This document shows positions 1 to 11,425 of a DNA stretch of 29,121 bases, in pieces (the stretch's first letter is position 1; every line of letters starts with the position of its first letter). This DNA comes from Moniliella sp. 'wahieum' (lineage: Eukaryota), in contig RSEE01000134.1 in the NCBI GenBank assembly GCA_003971905.1, positions 124,001 through 153,121 on the forward strand, written 5' to 3'. A program made the translations under genes and the position numbers. Under the pieces are notes generated by a model. That model searched no databases. It worked only from the letters and a program-made list of their open reading frames with translations, and had not been told where the DNA came from.

Positions 1-2434
1 CTTTGTGGTTATCAAAGGGGAACGGCGTGACGACCTGCACCTCGACCGTCAGCGTACCATTGATCCCTGGCCCTCTGGTTCCCCTCCAGCGGCACCGTCA
101 CCGTCCGACTCGCGTTGGCGCGCCCCGTCACGAGCGGGTTGAGCGTCGCCCGCGCACAAACAACCGTTCTTCCAAACGGCGCAGACAGGGTGTGAACTCG
201 AGATGCAGCCCGCCTCTTGGCTCGTCCGCCTGCGTCGGCACGCAGCGCGATCCGCTCGGTCCGCGCCAGCGGAAGCGTAATGTTCCATGGCACGCTCAGG
301 CTCAAGGTGGAGGCACTAAGGGTAAGTTTGAGTGGCAAGGGCAGCGCAGCTACCACGCTCGAGGTAAGTGCTGTCGTCGAGGGCGGGGCCGCGTCGTGGC
401 CACGCGCAAGAGACGGAGAAGGAGGGAGAGGAATCCGGACGGGATTGAGGTCATCGAGTGGCTGGTGAGCGTAAGACTGACCAGCGCTTGTTCCGGCGAG
501 CCATCGCCGAGATCACCAAGGTAGCTTGCCCCGTACGTCCGGAAGGGCAAGATGGGAGGAGGAAGGGCGAGGCTGGGGATCGCGTGTCCGCCGCCTTGGG
601 CGGGCGCACCGAGGGACAAGTCTGGCATCTCGTCGTCGAGCGACAGGGCAGGCACCGGGTCCGGATCCGGATCGCCTTCTTGGCCTTTTTCGACAGACGC
701 GCCGTGACGGGGAGAGGGAGGCGTTGCTGTTCTGCTTGTGCTCGGCTGGAGCAGCAGTGCGCCACCTGGATTTTGCCTTCCCACGCGGCATAAAACGCGG
801 GCGTCCTGTCCTTTTCGTCCATCGCCAAAGCGTCGGCCCCCATGCGCCAGCAACCTCTCGGCGGCTTCCACATCGCCCTGCTCGGCAGCGAAAAAGAGCG
901 GCGTCCACCCGCCGCGCAACGCATCTCGTCCCTCGGTCGAGGCACCCCACATCAGCAGGATGGCCAGGCACTCGGTTGACCCGGCCGCGGGACGCCGCCA
1001 GCGCAGCGGCACCCAACGCCGCCGACGCAGCTTCCCTTCGGCCGGGGCAGACAAGAGCAAACGCAGGATCTCGGCCCGACCACGCTCGGCGGCCAAGGTC
1101 ACGGCCTGGGCCAAATCCGCCAGAGGCACCAGCGGGGTGGGCATGGTGCGAGGCCAAAAGTTGTCGCACCACCCCTTCGTGGTTCTCCTGTACGGCCACT
1201 GCAGTGCCGCACTCAGCCCGTCTTCGGCCTCTTGCTCCTTGGCGTCCGGAGAAGGTGAGCATGTGCGGCAACAGCACCGGCACCGCCGCTGCACACCCGC
1301 GCACAGCTGCGTAGCCCAAGGGAACGCGCGTGTAGGCGTCCTTGGCCCGCGTGGCGGCAGCCATGGCCTTGTCTTGGTCCGCCTTGTTCGGCCCCGCCGC
1401 CGAGGCAGCATGCGCCAGACCGGCACGAAGCAGATCGGCACTTTGATCGGTTGGCGTTACGCCGCCGTCGATCCCGGCGCCAGCGGCCATGTGCAGGCCT
1501 GGCGGGCATTGAGATCGTCCGCGTGGGAAAAGGCGACATCGGCCAAGGCCATGGCATCTGGGTCGGCAGCGTCAAGGTCACTACTGGATACGGCCGCGAG
1601 GACCGCGTCGGTTGCCGTGGTGGCCGCAGCCAGTTCGTCCCACAGCACGCGCCACAGCGCCGCTTGGACACAGGGTTCCTCCCCCTGGTCAAGAAGCAGC
1701 TGCGCTGCACAAGTCGCCGGACCGCAGGCGGTGGCCAGCGGGCCTCTTTCCAGGCCAGGGGGCCTTGGAGTGCGTCGGCTTGGGACGCCGGCGTGGGGGC
1801 GGCGACGAGCGAGGTCAATTGGCTCGAGGCCGTCGCGGCGAGCGAGGCATGAGGTGCGATCAAAGCACGGCTGGATGTCCAGTTGGCGAGCCAGGTACAG
1901 CTCGCGCACTTGGCTTTTCGACCGCTTGTCCCACTTCTTGAGGATCTTGCGCATGCCCACCGCGTTGAGCTCGACAAACTGTTCCAGGCGTGCCAGGGCG
2001 ACCAGAACCGCCGCCCACGCCTCGCGCAGCGCGCGCACAGTCGGGCTCGAGGGGGCAGGCGAGCGGCAGCGGCGGCGGGAGATCCGCACTGTCCCACCTT
2101 CGTCGGCACTCGTGGGGGGGCGCAGGATCCGTGCCGGGTGCGGCGGCTGCTCGGGCGAGGCGGCGCGCGTGCAGCGAGGGTGTGGACGCGGTGCTGGAGC
2201 GCGCGCTGCTGCTCGAGGTAGAAGCATTGATCTTGTCCACCTCGCGGCCGAGGTCGAAAAAGGCGGCGCGGGTGCCGGGCGGGCCGGCGGGGCTGGCGGG
2301 CGGGGCGACGGGCGTGCCGGGGCTGGCGCCGGGCGGGAGCTTGCCGGCAATGATTCTCTTGAGGCCTTGTAGTCGAGGTAGTAGCGCGCCCAGGAGGGGC
2401 GCTGCTGGGAGAGCAGCTGCTTGCCGAACTTCAT
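1..2434 (-). CDS. PHO81: PHO81/NUC-2-like CDK inhibitor (SPX + ankyrin repeats; GDPD-like C-terminus presumably beyond the left edge); partial, frameshifted
   Basis: ATG at 2434 gives MKFGKQLLSQQRPSWARYYLDYK (SPX start). Later segments read LEQFVELNAVGMRKILKKWDKRSKSQVRELYLARQLDIQPCF (Pho81/Nuc-2-type SPX end), ankyrin repeats GWTPLFFAAEQGDVEAAERLLAHG and RTPAFYAAWEG, then LPFRTYGASYL. Pieces lie in different frames. Confidence 0.85.
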
Positions 2435-2440
2435 CCCCGG

Positions 2441-2560
2441 GGGGTGGGGGGAGAGGTGGTGGTGGTGGTGAGGGGGTGGAGGTGGCGGTGGAGGGGGTGG
2501 AGGTGGCGGTGGAGGCGATGGAGGCGGTGGTGGCGATGGAGATGAAGATGGGATGGAGGG
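2441..2560. repeat. G-rich low-complexity repeat (GGT/GGAGGTGGCGGT) immediately upstream of the PHO81 ATG
   Basis: Directly visible imperfect tandem repeats, e.g. gagggggtggaggtggcggtg twice. Confidence 0.8.
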
Positions 2561-2754
2561 AGTGTGGGGGCGGGTGCGGAAGCCCACGCTGGGCAAATAT
2601 CGGCTGGCTGGCCGGCAGCCAGCCGAGTAGCAGCCGCCCCGCCGCCCCCGCACCACAGCAGCCTCCGCCCGACACATGCCACGTCCGCCAACCCCACCAG
2701 AGCAGTGTGTTGCGGGAGGGCGTGGCGCCAGTGTGCCACCCATCGTGCGCTGGG

Positions 2755-2760
2755 CACGTG
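2755..2760. promoter_or_regulatory. Candidate PHO box (CACGTG) upstream of PHO81
   Basis: CACGTG about 320 bp upstream of the ATG. PHO81/nuc-2 are known Pho4/NUC-1 targets, but a 6-mer can occur by chance. Confidence 0.4.
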
Positions 2761-3657
2761 CGCCCAGCACGCTCAGCTCCCGACGCTGCCCCACGGCTGT
2801 GTGGGCGCCCCTCTCTTCCCTCGATCTGCCCTCTGTTCAGCCCGATGCCAATCATTCTCACCCCCACACCTCACTGACCTGGCCAAGAATCGGGGATTAG
2901 CGCCGAGGATGGGTAACTGGTCGGGCAGGGCACCCCCGCCTTGGGGAGGAAGCAAGTTCCTTCTCTCTCCCAGCTCTTGGTGAGCCATGACAGGGAAGCC
3001 AACCGAGTCGCACCGTCGTCACGGCCAAGCGGGGGAAGTGTGGGGTAGTGTATTAGGCCTTCCCGGACAGAAAGGCGGTGCTACAAGGCAGAGGTCACGC
3101 GGAGTTGAATATCTATTGGGCTCCAGTGCAATGGACAGATCCCTGGGGAACTCGCCGCGTGACTACTCTTCCTCGTGCCTAAGTACCTATTTGGCGGTGT
3201 TGCAGCATTGGAGTGTCCTCCAATTTTAGCGACTGTCCCTGGCGAAGGGTGCAAGGCTTTGTTGCTTTGCGCTTGATGGTCCATTCTTCAATGGCTTGTG
3301 TTCCCGCTCGGTATCCTTCTCTCTTCCATTCTTCTTGTGCGCCTTTCGGCGCACAAATGAGTGGCTAGCAGATATCAAACAGTGGCCACATATTCCGTTT
3401 GCCCATCAGCATCCCCTTAAATTTTTTAGCCCTCTTCAATCAGTCGCTTCTTACATGCGTCCGCGCGGCTCCGTCGCCATCGCCCGAAGGGGATGGGGAT
3501 TGACCTTCTCGACTGCCAGCACCATTCCCTTTTCCAGGCAGTGGCGTCGCAAAAAAAAGCTCACTTGGACTAATGTCTCTGTATCAGGAGAGATCATTGA
3601 AATGTGGAGGATAACTAGCGATATGCGCTCCAAGTAACAGCAGATGGGTTCTATCAT

Positions 3658-3850
3658 ACACGAGGAGACCACCGGGCCTACGGCCCGGTCTGCTGTGTCG
3701 CCACCCCCCCGTTCCCCCTCCGCCGTCGCCACCTTAGCCACCGTTCCACCATCGCCACCGTTCCACGCTGGAACCCTTCCACGCTGGAAAAACGAAATAA
3801 TATCACCGATTGTTGCTGGTGGCTGGGACGGGTGGCTGCGCCACCCGGTG
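3658..3850 (+). repeat. Diverged dispersed repeat, copy A (hairpin-flanked)
   Basis: Shares several ordered motifs with the reverse complement of 17755-17982; hairpins at 3671-3689 and 3829-3847. Confidence 0.45.
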
Positions 3851-4641
3851 GCTGACGTGAGCCTTATGTAAAAAATGCCAGGCGTTTCCCATGGCTATAT
3901 TCCTTAGGATGTAGCCAAGTGTTATACAAACAAGGTAGATATTCGCCTGATGGATCAGGAGGAGTATAGCAAGAGGGGAGTACATGAGGCATGAGGTTGT
4001 GACCACCTAAACTGGAGAGGTTTCAACACTGAGTTGAGCCAGTGTATAGTAGCCACCGCCATCACCATTCCATTTCGCTCCCCTTCACTTTTCCGAGGTT
4101 CCCACCATCTCACCCCAACACGGTATTAAGTTCCTCCCGGCTTGCCCAGCCTACAGCCCCTTCCGCTTGCCCAGCCTCCCCCATGCTGCATGGTCAGAAA
4201 GTGTTGTAGTATAGAATGACGCTGTTACTGTGTGAACCAGGTCCATGCCAGTTTCACCAATCGTCAATCCTCGATCTATCCTCTGTTCCTATCCGGGCTA
4301 TAAAACACCCCAACCATCCCCGAAGCTTCAATGAAATCCGCGGCCTCTATGCATCAGCACATTTCTGCTGGAGGATAAGGGTATGCTCCCGTAAAAAAAG
4401 GTTGTGTGCATTGGGCCGCAGGTACGCGAGGATACAAAGACGAGAAAAGCCAGCACAAACACGCCAGCGTTGTGCGGCGACTTTGGTCCCGTGAGGAGGA
4501 AAACTAAGCAGACAGGGATGCGATGCGAACGGTGGCAGCAAACAAAAGGGCACCCACCAGCCCAGCTGGTGAAAGCGCTCTCTGTGCAGCATGACACGAC
4601 ACGTGTATGGCCCAAAAGAAAAAAAGTGCCAATTAGGTGCG

Positions 4642-5528
4642 TTAAATGAAGTGCCAGGTAGCACCCGACAAGCGGCCCAAGGACTGAGATGCCAACGCCG
4701 AGAAGGCCGACGGGCTCAAGTCCAGGTCGTAGTCGGCACAGCCTGCACTCGTCCACCGCTTCCACCGTGATCGTCTTGCCCTGGTACGTGAGCGCAATCT
4801 TCTTGCCACACAGCTGGTCACTGTTGCTGAATCCGTATTGGGTATAGAGACCGTGCCCAATGGCCGCAATGTAGTCCGTGTCCGAGTTGGTCCAGCCACA
4901 AGCACCAAGACCGGTAGCATAGTAGGTGAGCTGACCCTGTGGGTACCCGCCGCTGCGCCGGTCAAGCCTGAGCTCGAGCCGGACCCCGACCCCGAGCTGG
5001 CCTTCGAAGAAGTGGGCGGTAGACGAGGGCGACGACGAGCTGGACGAGGCCTTGGCCGACGAAGAGGGAGACACGCTCGAGCGCCAATGGTTGCCACCGG
5101 TCGAAGAGGAGGCCTGGTCGGTACTAGACTTGCCGCCGCTCTTTTCGACGAGTAGTCAGACGAGTGGGCTTGGACGAAGGAGAAGACGCAGGCGAAGACG
5201 AGGGAGACCATGGCTTGTGGCTCTTGCTGCCCCAGTGCGGGGACGAGGCAGTGGGCGCCGACGAGCCAGAGAAGGGCTGGCACCACTGCCGGAACCAGAA
5301 CCGGAACCGGAGCCCTGCGAGGCGGAGGAACAGCGGACGACTTGCGGCACCGACGGCCACGGCGCACATTGTGGTTCATGTTCGCGGGCAGCGAGGGGGA
5401 CGTTGTGCTGGCTGCCAAGGCGCGCGCACGGCGCTCGACAGCCAGCGAGCGCTCATCCGCTTGGGCGCCAAGGGCAAGGGCCGCCAGGGCAACCGAGGCA
5501 GTAAGAAGGTGCGAGTAAACGAGACCAT
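4642..5528 (-). CDS. Secreted RlpA-like double-psi beta-barrel (expansin-like/loosenin) protein with Ser-rich linker; intronless, frameshifted
   Basis: Signal peptide MVSFTR..LTASVALAALALGAQA, RRGRRCRK, Ser/Gly linker, then GQLTYYATGLGACGWTNSDTDYIAAI...LCGKKIALTYQGKTITVEAVDEC/AGCADYDLDLSPSAFSALASQSLGRLSGATWHFI*. Confidence 0.88.
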
Positions 5529-7663
5529 GCTGCGAGGGGGAGGTGGAAGGGCGGGGAATACAAGGGAGAGAGGAACGCTCAGCGCTCGAGCGGGGCGGGT
5601 GTGGACAGAGAGCCTGCACTGTCGGGGGAGAGAGAGGGGGGGCGTCGACGCTGTCAAAGCGAGCGAGGGGAGGGAGGGGCAAGGCGGTGGTGGTGGTGGC
5701 GGGCGCAGCGGGGGGGGGGGGGGGGCAGAACAGCGAGACTATATACAAGGCCAAGCGCCTCCTTTTCTGCGGCAGCTGCGGCGGCTGCGGGCACCCCGGC
5801 ACTCGCCTACGCGCACACTGGCAGGGTGCCCCGCTGTCCCTGCCCTGCCACGGGGGCATGTGCCGCGGTGGGCGGCGCGGGTGGGCGCGGGGGCAGTGAT
5901 GCGCGGCTCCGGTGGGTGGCACTGCCCGGGTGCTGGGGATGGCGGGGCGCAGGGGCAGTGTAACGTGCCGGGGGATGGGCGCAGCAGGCACAGCAGCACA
6001 GCTCCACCCAGAGGATGTGCGCACCGGGGGCACCACGCCAGCCACGCCGCGCTGCGAAGAGCCGCGTGGTGGCTCAGCCCCAGCAGCCGCGGTCCTCCGG
6101 GCGCTGGTTCCTCGTGTCGGTGACTCGCACCAGCCTCTGACAAAACGGGGGGCTGTCACATGTCCCCCCCGTAGCATAACCGGTAACCACTGCGCCACGC
6201 TCTGTCAACCCTACTGCTGCCGCTCGCACCCCGCCGACGCCGAGCGTGGGGGTTACATGTTACTCCCCCCGCCCATCGCCACCACTATCGCTGCTCCCTC
6301 TACACTCACCCTGCACCAGTCTTCCACTTGCGGCCGAGCGTGGTGCCGGCAAGAGCACCGCGGCCGCAGCCTATATATCTCTGGCGCCTAGTAACTAGGA
6401 AGCGCCATCCCCTCTGTCCCAGAAGGATACGTTCGCAGCTGTGAACCGTACGACAGACACTTAGAATTGCGTAGAGGACCGCTGCAACAGAACCCCCAAA
6501 CCACACGGATAGTTACCCCTCCAGCCCAACACCGTCCCAATGAAAACCCTGTCTGCAGGATCCATGCAACACACGTATTCGGTGTTGCGCGTGCAAAGGT
6601 TTTGCCTGTATATGTTGAGTGGATCAATTACCTGGAAATAGGCAGCTGGTGAACAAGAAATACGAACAGGGACGAAAATGGAAGATGGGGGCAGATCCCC
6701 ACCAGCCAGGGGTACAGGGGCTAAATCCCAAAAGGGGAAACAGACGCAATAAAGCGGCGGTAGAAAGGGGGATATAAACTCGGGGGCTTGGTTACCATTA
6801 GTAGGCGCAACACAGAAAGAAAGAGGTAAACGGGGACGCGACGGCAATCTTCGCAAGAATACCGAGACGAGAGTCTTGTTGACCTCATTGTGGCCACCTA
6901 CGTCAACTTGAACTGGGGCGGACTATAGTCGGGGAGATGAGGCGTGGCCACTCGGGCCACCGTACATGCTATGACCAGCAAACGGTCAAATGTTGGACTT
7001 AGTTGGCAGCGCGCTCTACTGGGCATGTGGGTAAAGCAGCAGGACTCAAGCCTCAGCACGGGTCAGACCATCCCAGATCCGACGGGGCCCCTAACGATAA
7101 ACATCATCGGCCAACCCCTGCTAACTCTGAGAGCCTGGATTGACCCCGGTATGCCACGGTTTCCCTGACTTCAATATACACACACCCACATCGTTCTCGA
7201 TAACATGATGCCAACATCCTTTGACCTATATATAAATTGGCGCTGCGGTGCTCTACTGGTGATGCATGTGGCGCGTACCGTCGTATCGCTGTTTCTACTG
7301 ATGTGCTTGTGGTGTTTGTTGTGGTCGAGACGTGCGTGACGCTATATTGAATATCCTAAGAAACGATTCGTCCTAATCACTTACATCGGTTTTTGGTCGC
7401 ACACACTCCGTCGCCAAAAAGACTATAATGCAACTGATGGAGACAGTTCGCGGAGTACTACAAGGAACACATGTGACGGAAGTGAGAATGCTACTTAATA
7501 ACCAAAAAACAACCGTGTGGCGCCCATTAGTCTGACAGCTGTGACGACGCTCAACGCTCACAGCCTCAGCGGCACCAAAGAAGTAGCGGTGACAAAGGGG
7601 AAAGGGGGAAGAACACCCAAAAGCCAAAAGCAACCTGTGCTGGCTTGTGGTTGTTGGACCTTT

Positions 7664-8315
7664 TTACGACCAAGTGATCGGGAACACACTGTTGTATGTT
7701 TCCGGCAAAAAAGCATAAAAGAGTCAGTATACCTCCGTGCGCTCACGACAGGAAGTTTGTGTTTACGCACCCCTCGGCCAGGTTGTTGTTCGACAACGTC
7801 TTGAACAGCGCTTCGGACATATCCAGCGACCCTGAAGCACAGCCAGGGCACAGGTCCACCACCTGAGCCGTCGCTGTGTTGCCAGTCTCCGTACTGGTGA
7901 TCGTGACCGTCTTGCCGCACCAACTGCCAGAGTCGTACTGCGGCGCATTCATCGCCACGACGTATTGCGAATCAGTGTTGGTCCATCCACACGCACCTGA
8001 GGAGGAAATCATAACACACACGGTCAGCTCCTGGTTTCTATTGGGTGAAAAAAGATCAGATGAAGGACTTACCCAATCCAACTGCCACAAGAACGACCGG
8101 CCACAACCACAGAGTCAAGTCATAGGGTTAGTTCCTGGACACCACACTAAATCCGCATTCGGGCACCAGTGGGAGTAAGGCATACGCACCTGCATAGTAC
8201 GTCGCTTGGCCCGAGTAGCTGCGCTTGGTGAGAGCCTGCTCAACAGGCGCGGGGCAGCCGAGATTCCGGTGAATGCAACGGTGGCGAGGAGAGCAATCTT
8301 GGTGAGAGAGAACAT
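7664..8315 (-). CDS. Small secreted RlpA-like DPBB (loosenin/expansin-like) protein; exons 8315-8190, 8081-8073, 7996-7771, 7688-7664
   Basis: Spliced product (one C restored near 8251): MFSLTKIALLATVAFTGISAAPAPVEQALTKRSYSGQATYYA-VGLG-ACGWTNTDSQYVVAMNAPQYDSGSWCGKTVTITS...VVDLCPGCASGSLDMSEALF...G-VFPITWS*. All three introns are GT..CTRAC..CAG. Confidence 0.92.
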
Positions 8316-8452
8316 GGCGAGCGTTTGCTAACAGTGATGGAGAACCGTGACCTTGAGGGGGGGAGGGGGGATTAGCGAAGTGGAAGATCCTGCTCTTGCT
8401 GTGTGGGTTGGTGAGGGAAGAAGTTGGATCGGAGCCGGCAAGGAAAGGGGGG

Positions 8453-8459
8453 TTTTATA
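8453..8459 (-). promoter_or_regulatory. TATA box candidate for the second RlpA-like gene
   Basis: TATAAAA on the minus strand about 140 bp upstream of the ATG. Confidence 0.5.
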
Positions 8460-10215
8460 GACATCCTGGGTCGATGCATCTATATTCACAGAATGTGGAC
8501 GCTATGCATAGACGCTGCGTGAGAAGAAACAAGATGAAAACTGCCAAGAAGACATGTTGTAGGAACACGCGTGGATACCCAGGTTTCAGGGCGAGCCTGC
8601 CATTGGAGCCTGAGGATATTGGGGCCATAACATTAGACAACACTTCGATTACAAAAACAGACGGAGAAGAATACTACGGTGGTGCAACGCGGCGCCGTCA
8701 ACTCCCTTCCACGTATCTTTCTTGTTGACATCCAACTGGGTGCGGAGGTGGAATCACTAGTCACTGCTACTGGCGTGATGCGAAGGGGGTTCCGGCCGAC
8801 AACATATATTGAGGCCTCAGGCTGAGGGCCTCAGGCGCCTCTCCACGCCCCAATTTCAGACTGTGCGCGCATTGCTACGTTCTCAGACACAGGGCTTCGA
8901 AACTCGTTTCACACTGTGTGCTACCCTGGTTTTGGGTTTCCATCCACAGATATTCAATGAAAACACGCTCAGCGTCCAGACTCAGGCTCGCGCGCGCTCA
9001 GCGCCCAGAGCTCATCCCCGGTCCGACTGTCTCTATCCTCTGGCTACCGGCCGGCTACCCCCTACCCTACAGAGAAACAATGTCTTGGTACCGTGAATCA
9101 TTAAACATTCAGTAATCATTAATCGCCGGTAATCACGGATGTCCCAGAGTTGTCATTTCACGGTTTCTGTCTCATGATGAGCCTCAAACGAAGAGATAAC
9201 ATTATAACAGAGGAGCGGAGTTGATACGTTGACAGTTGATCGATGCTCGGTGATCGGTTAGAGGCTTAAGGCTTAAGGGTCCGAGGCGTGAGGTCTGGGA
9301 GAAAGGGAATTAGTAGGGATCTCATCCTACTGTGTGCCCCCCGTTTTCTCGTATACCATCAAACACCACATTGTACAGCCGCAGACGACATTCTCATATC
9401 TCTCCTCAGAATCGCTTATGTTTGGAACTGTCGAGAAGTTTTCCGAATCAGGGTAAGGACCTCGGAATCAACAGTACTCAGCCACATCTACGAACGAATT
9501 AGCGACAACCCCTACATTCTCCCTTCTCGGTCCCCTTGATGCCGTGTGTGGCGTTAGATAAAAGTACAAAAATGAGATTGACATGCTCCTCTGTTTGTGG
9601 CAATTCTCGTGGTATACTGCCGTGGGGATACTTATCGTGATGAAGCTAGAATATATAGAAAAGAGTCAAGAGCGATGGCTGGAAAACATGATTGTGGCGC
9701 ATGGAGGGACACAGTCCACAATACGCCTGCGGACCCTATTCTTTTACCTGTGTGGGGCATTCCACGTCTGTAGACCCCCGGTACTATCACGCACACGTGT
9801 CCTGCGTCATTATAGCACAGGGGACACGATGGAGGCCCATGTGTTCACTAGACATTATACGTCCCTGCATCACTGATGGTCACTTCGGGTTCAGAGTTTG
9901 TTCGGGGACTCGGGAGGAGAGAAGCTGGTTATCGACTATCGAGTAACGAGATCAGAAGAGAGTATCGAGTATTCTCCTGTGTATCCACATTGCTTGCCCT
10001 ATCTCCTCTCTGCGTGGCGGCGATACTACCGCCACGGCGTGTCTCAAATCAGGGGAGGCAGCTGGTTTTGTCGGTTGGTTTTGCTCCTATATGCCCCTCC
10101 TCACCCGGGGAGCCGCGTCGACTCGCCAGAAACACAAAGACACCCTGATTCGTCTTCTCATTCCCCTTGTTTGCGTCTGGTTTTCTTGGCCTCTGAATCT
10201 GAACATGGGATACGC

Positions 10216-10243
10216 TGAACGTTCAACTTGAACGTTCAAGTTG
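10216..10243. promoter_or_regulatory. Palindromic element with two GAAnnTTC units (heat-shock-element-like)
   Basis: tgaacgttca at 10216-10225 and a perfect 20-bp palindrome caacttgaacgttcaagttg at 10224-10243. Confidence 0.35.
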
Positions 10244-10528
10244 CATGCTGAACTGAACGCTACCCCCAGTACCTAGCGGCGTGAATGAAAGTTGCAAAGG
10301 CGGTGCGGGCGGCAGGAACGCACTGAAAAAGAGCGGCTTGAAGCGCGAGGGAGCGTTGCTGCGGAACCGATGCTGCCCCCGGGCGGAACCGAGGGGCGCT
10401 GCGCCAGAGCTGTCCTGGCGTTCCTACTCGTGCCACAAAAAAATTCGACTTGGCCATCCTCGCCGACGTCGAGATCGTCGATCATCGATCATCTCGCCCC
10501 AGCGCCCCCGACTCACCACCCGCCCCCC

Positions 10529-11387
10529 ATGTCCGTCAACGGCGACTTTCGGCTGCAGAGCTACTGGGACCAGCGCTACGCGTCCGAGGGCATTGACGGC
10601 GAGTTTGACTGGTTCAAGAAGGTGCGTCGTGCTCGTCCTGCGCGTCGCGCGACCGATCGGTGGCCGGCGCCGATCCATTGACGCTGTTCTGATCCCCCCC
10701 CTTCTCCTCTGCTCTTCTGTTAGTACGACGAGATCAAGTAAGTCCGTCATCGCACGCACTCGGCGACGCCCTACTGACTGACACGCGCTCGCGCAGAGAC
10801 GTGGTGCATGAGCTCATCCCTGGCAAGCAGAGCAAGGTCCTCATGCTTGGCTGCGGCAACTCCACCATGGGCTACGACATGGTCCAGGACGGTACACGCA
10901 CATTGTCAACCTCGATTTCTCCAGCGTGCTCATCGAGCAAATGAAGGCCAATACCCCCAGCCCCAACTGACCTGGCACGAGATGGATGTGCGCCAACTCG
11001 CCGAGCATGCCGATGGCCCCGCCCTAGGGGTAGCGCGTCGTACGACGCAATCATCGACAAGGGCACCCTCGATGCCTTGACGGCGGAGACCAATGGATCC
11101 GTGTGGGACCCAAGCGAGCAAGTGAAGGATAACGTTCGTCGCGAGGTCGAAGGTGTTTTGCAGTACGTCCTCCCCCTCTGCCGTGCAATCTAACGCGAGG
11201 CAGAAATACTTACGCGTGCGCAGCCTGCTCAAGCCTGGAGGCAAATTTATCTACCTCACGTTTGGCCAGCCGCAGTTTCGGCTCAAGTACCTCCAACGGC
11301 CAGGCCAGTGGACTTTGAGACACGCGAGGTGGGAGGGGCCAGGCCACATTCCCTTACTTTCTTTATATTGGCACCAAGAATGCATAG
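10529..11387 (+). CDS. Class I SAM-dependent protein-lysine methyltransferase, EEF1AKMT4/METTL13 N-terminal-domain-like; introns 10622-10723, 10738-10796, 11163-11223
   Basis: MSVNGDFRLQSYWDQRY...FDWFKK-YDEIK-DVVHELIPGKQSKVLMLGCGNSTMG (motif I), IVNLDFS, WHEMDVR, IIDKGTLDAL, LLKPGGKFIYLTFGQPQFR. Confidence 0.88.
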
Positions 11388-11425
11388 TCGGTCTCGAGGC
11401 CAGTGTCACGCCGGCTGGCCCACTG

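Noticed and set aside
2435..2794. Poly-Pro/His N-terminal extension of PHO81 in the ORF track
   Set aside because: SPX proteins start at MKFGK; the extension is translated low-complexity upstream DNA.
738..2877. Long plus-strand ORFs (544 aa, 295 aa)
   Set aside because: Antisense shadows of the GC-rich PHO81-like gene; Arg/Ala/Gly-rich with no domain.
3867..4050. Possible solo LTR (AT-richer segment starting TGTA)
   Set aside because: No second copy, TSD, PBS or PPT identifiable.
5529..6198. Upstream part of the 518-aa minus-strand ORF
   Set aside because: Stop-poor GC-rich promoter DNA; the signal peptide begins at ATG 5528.
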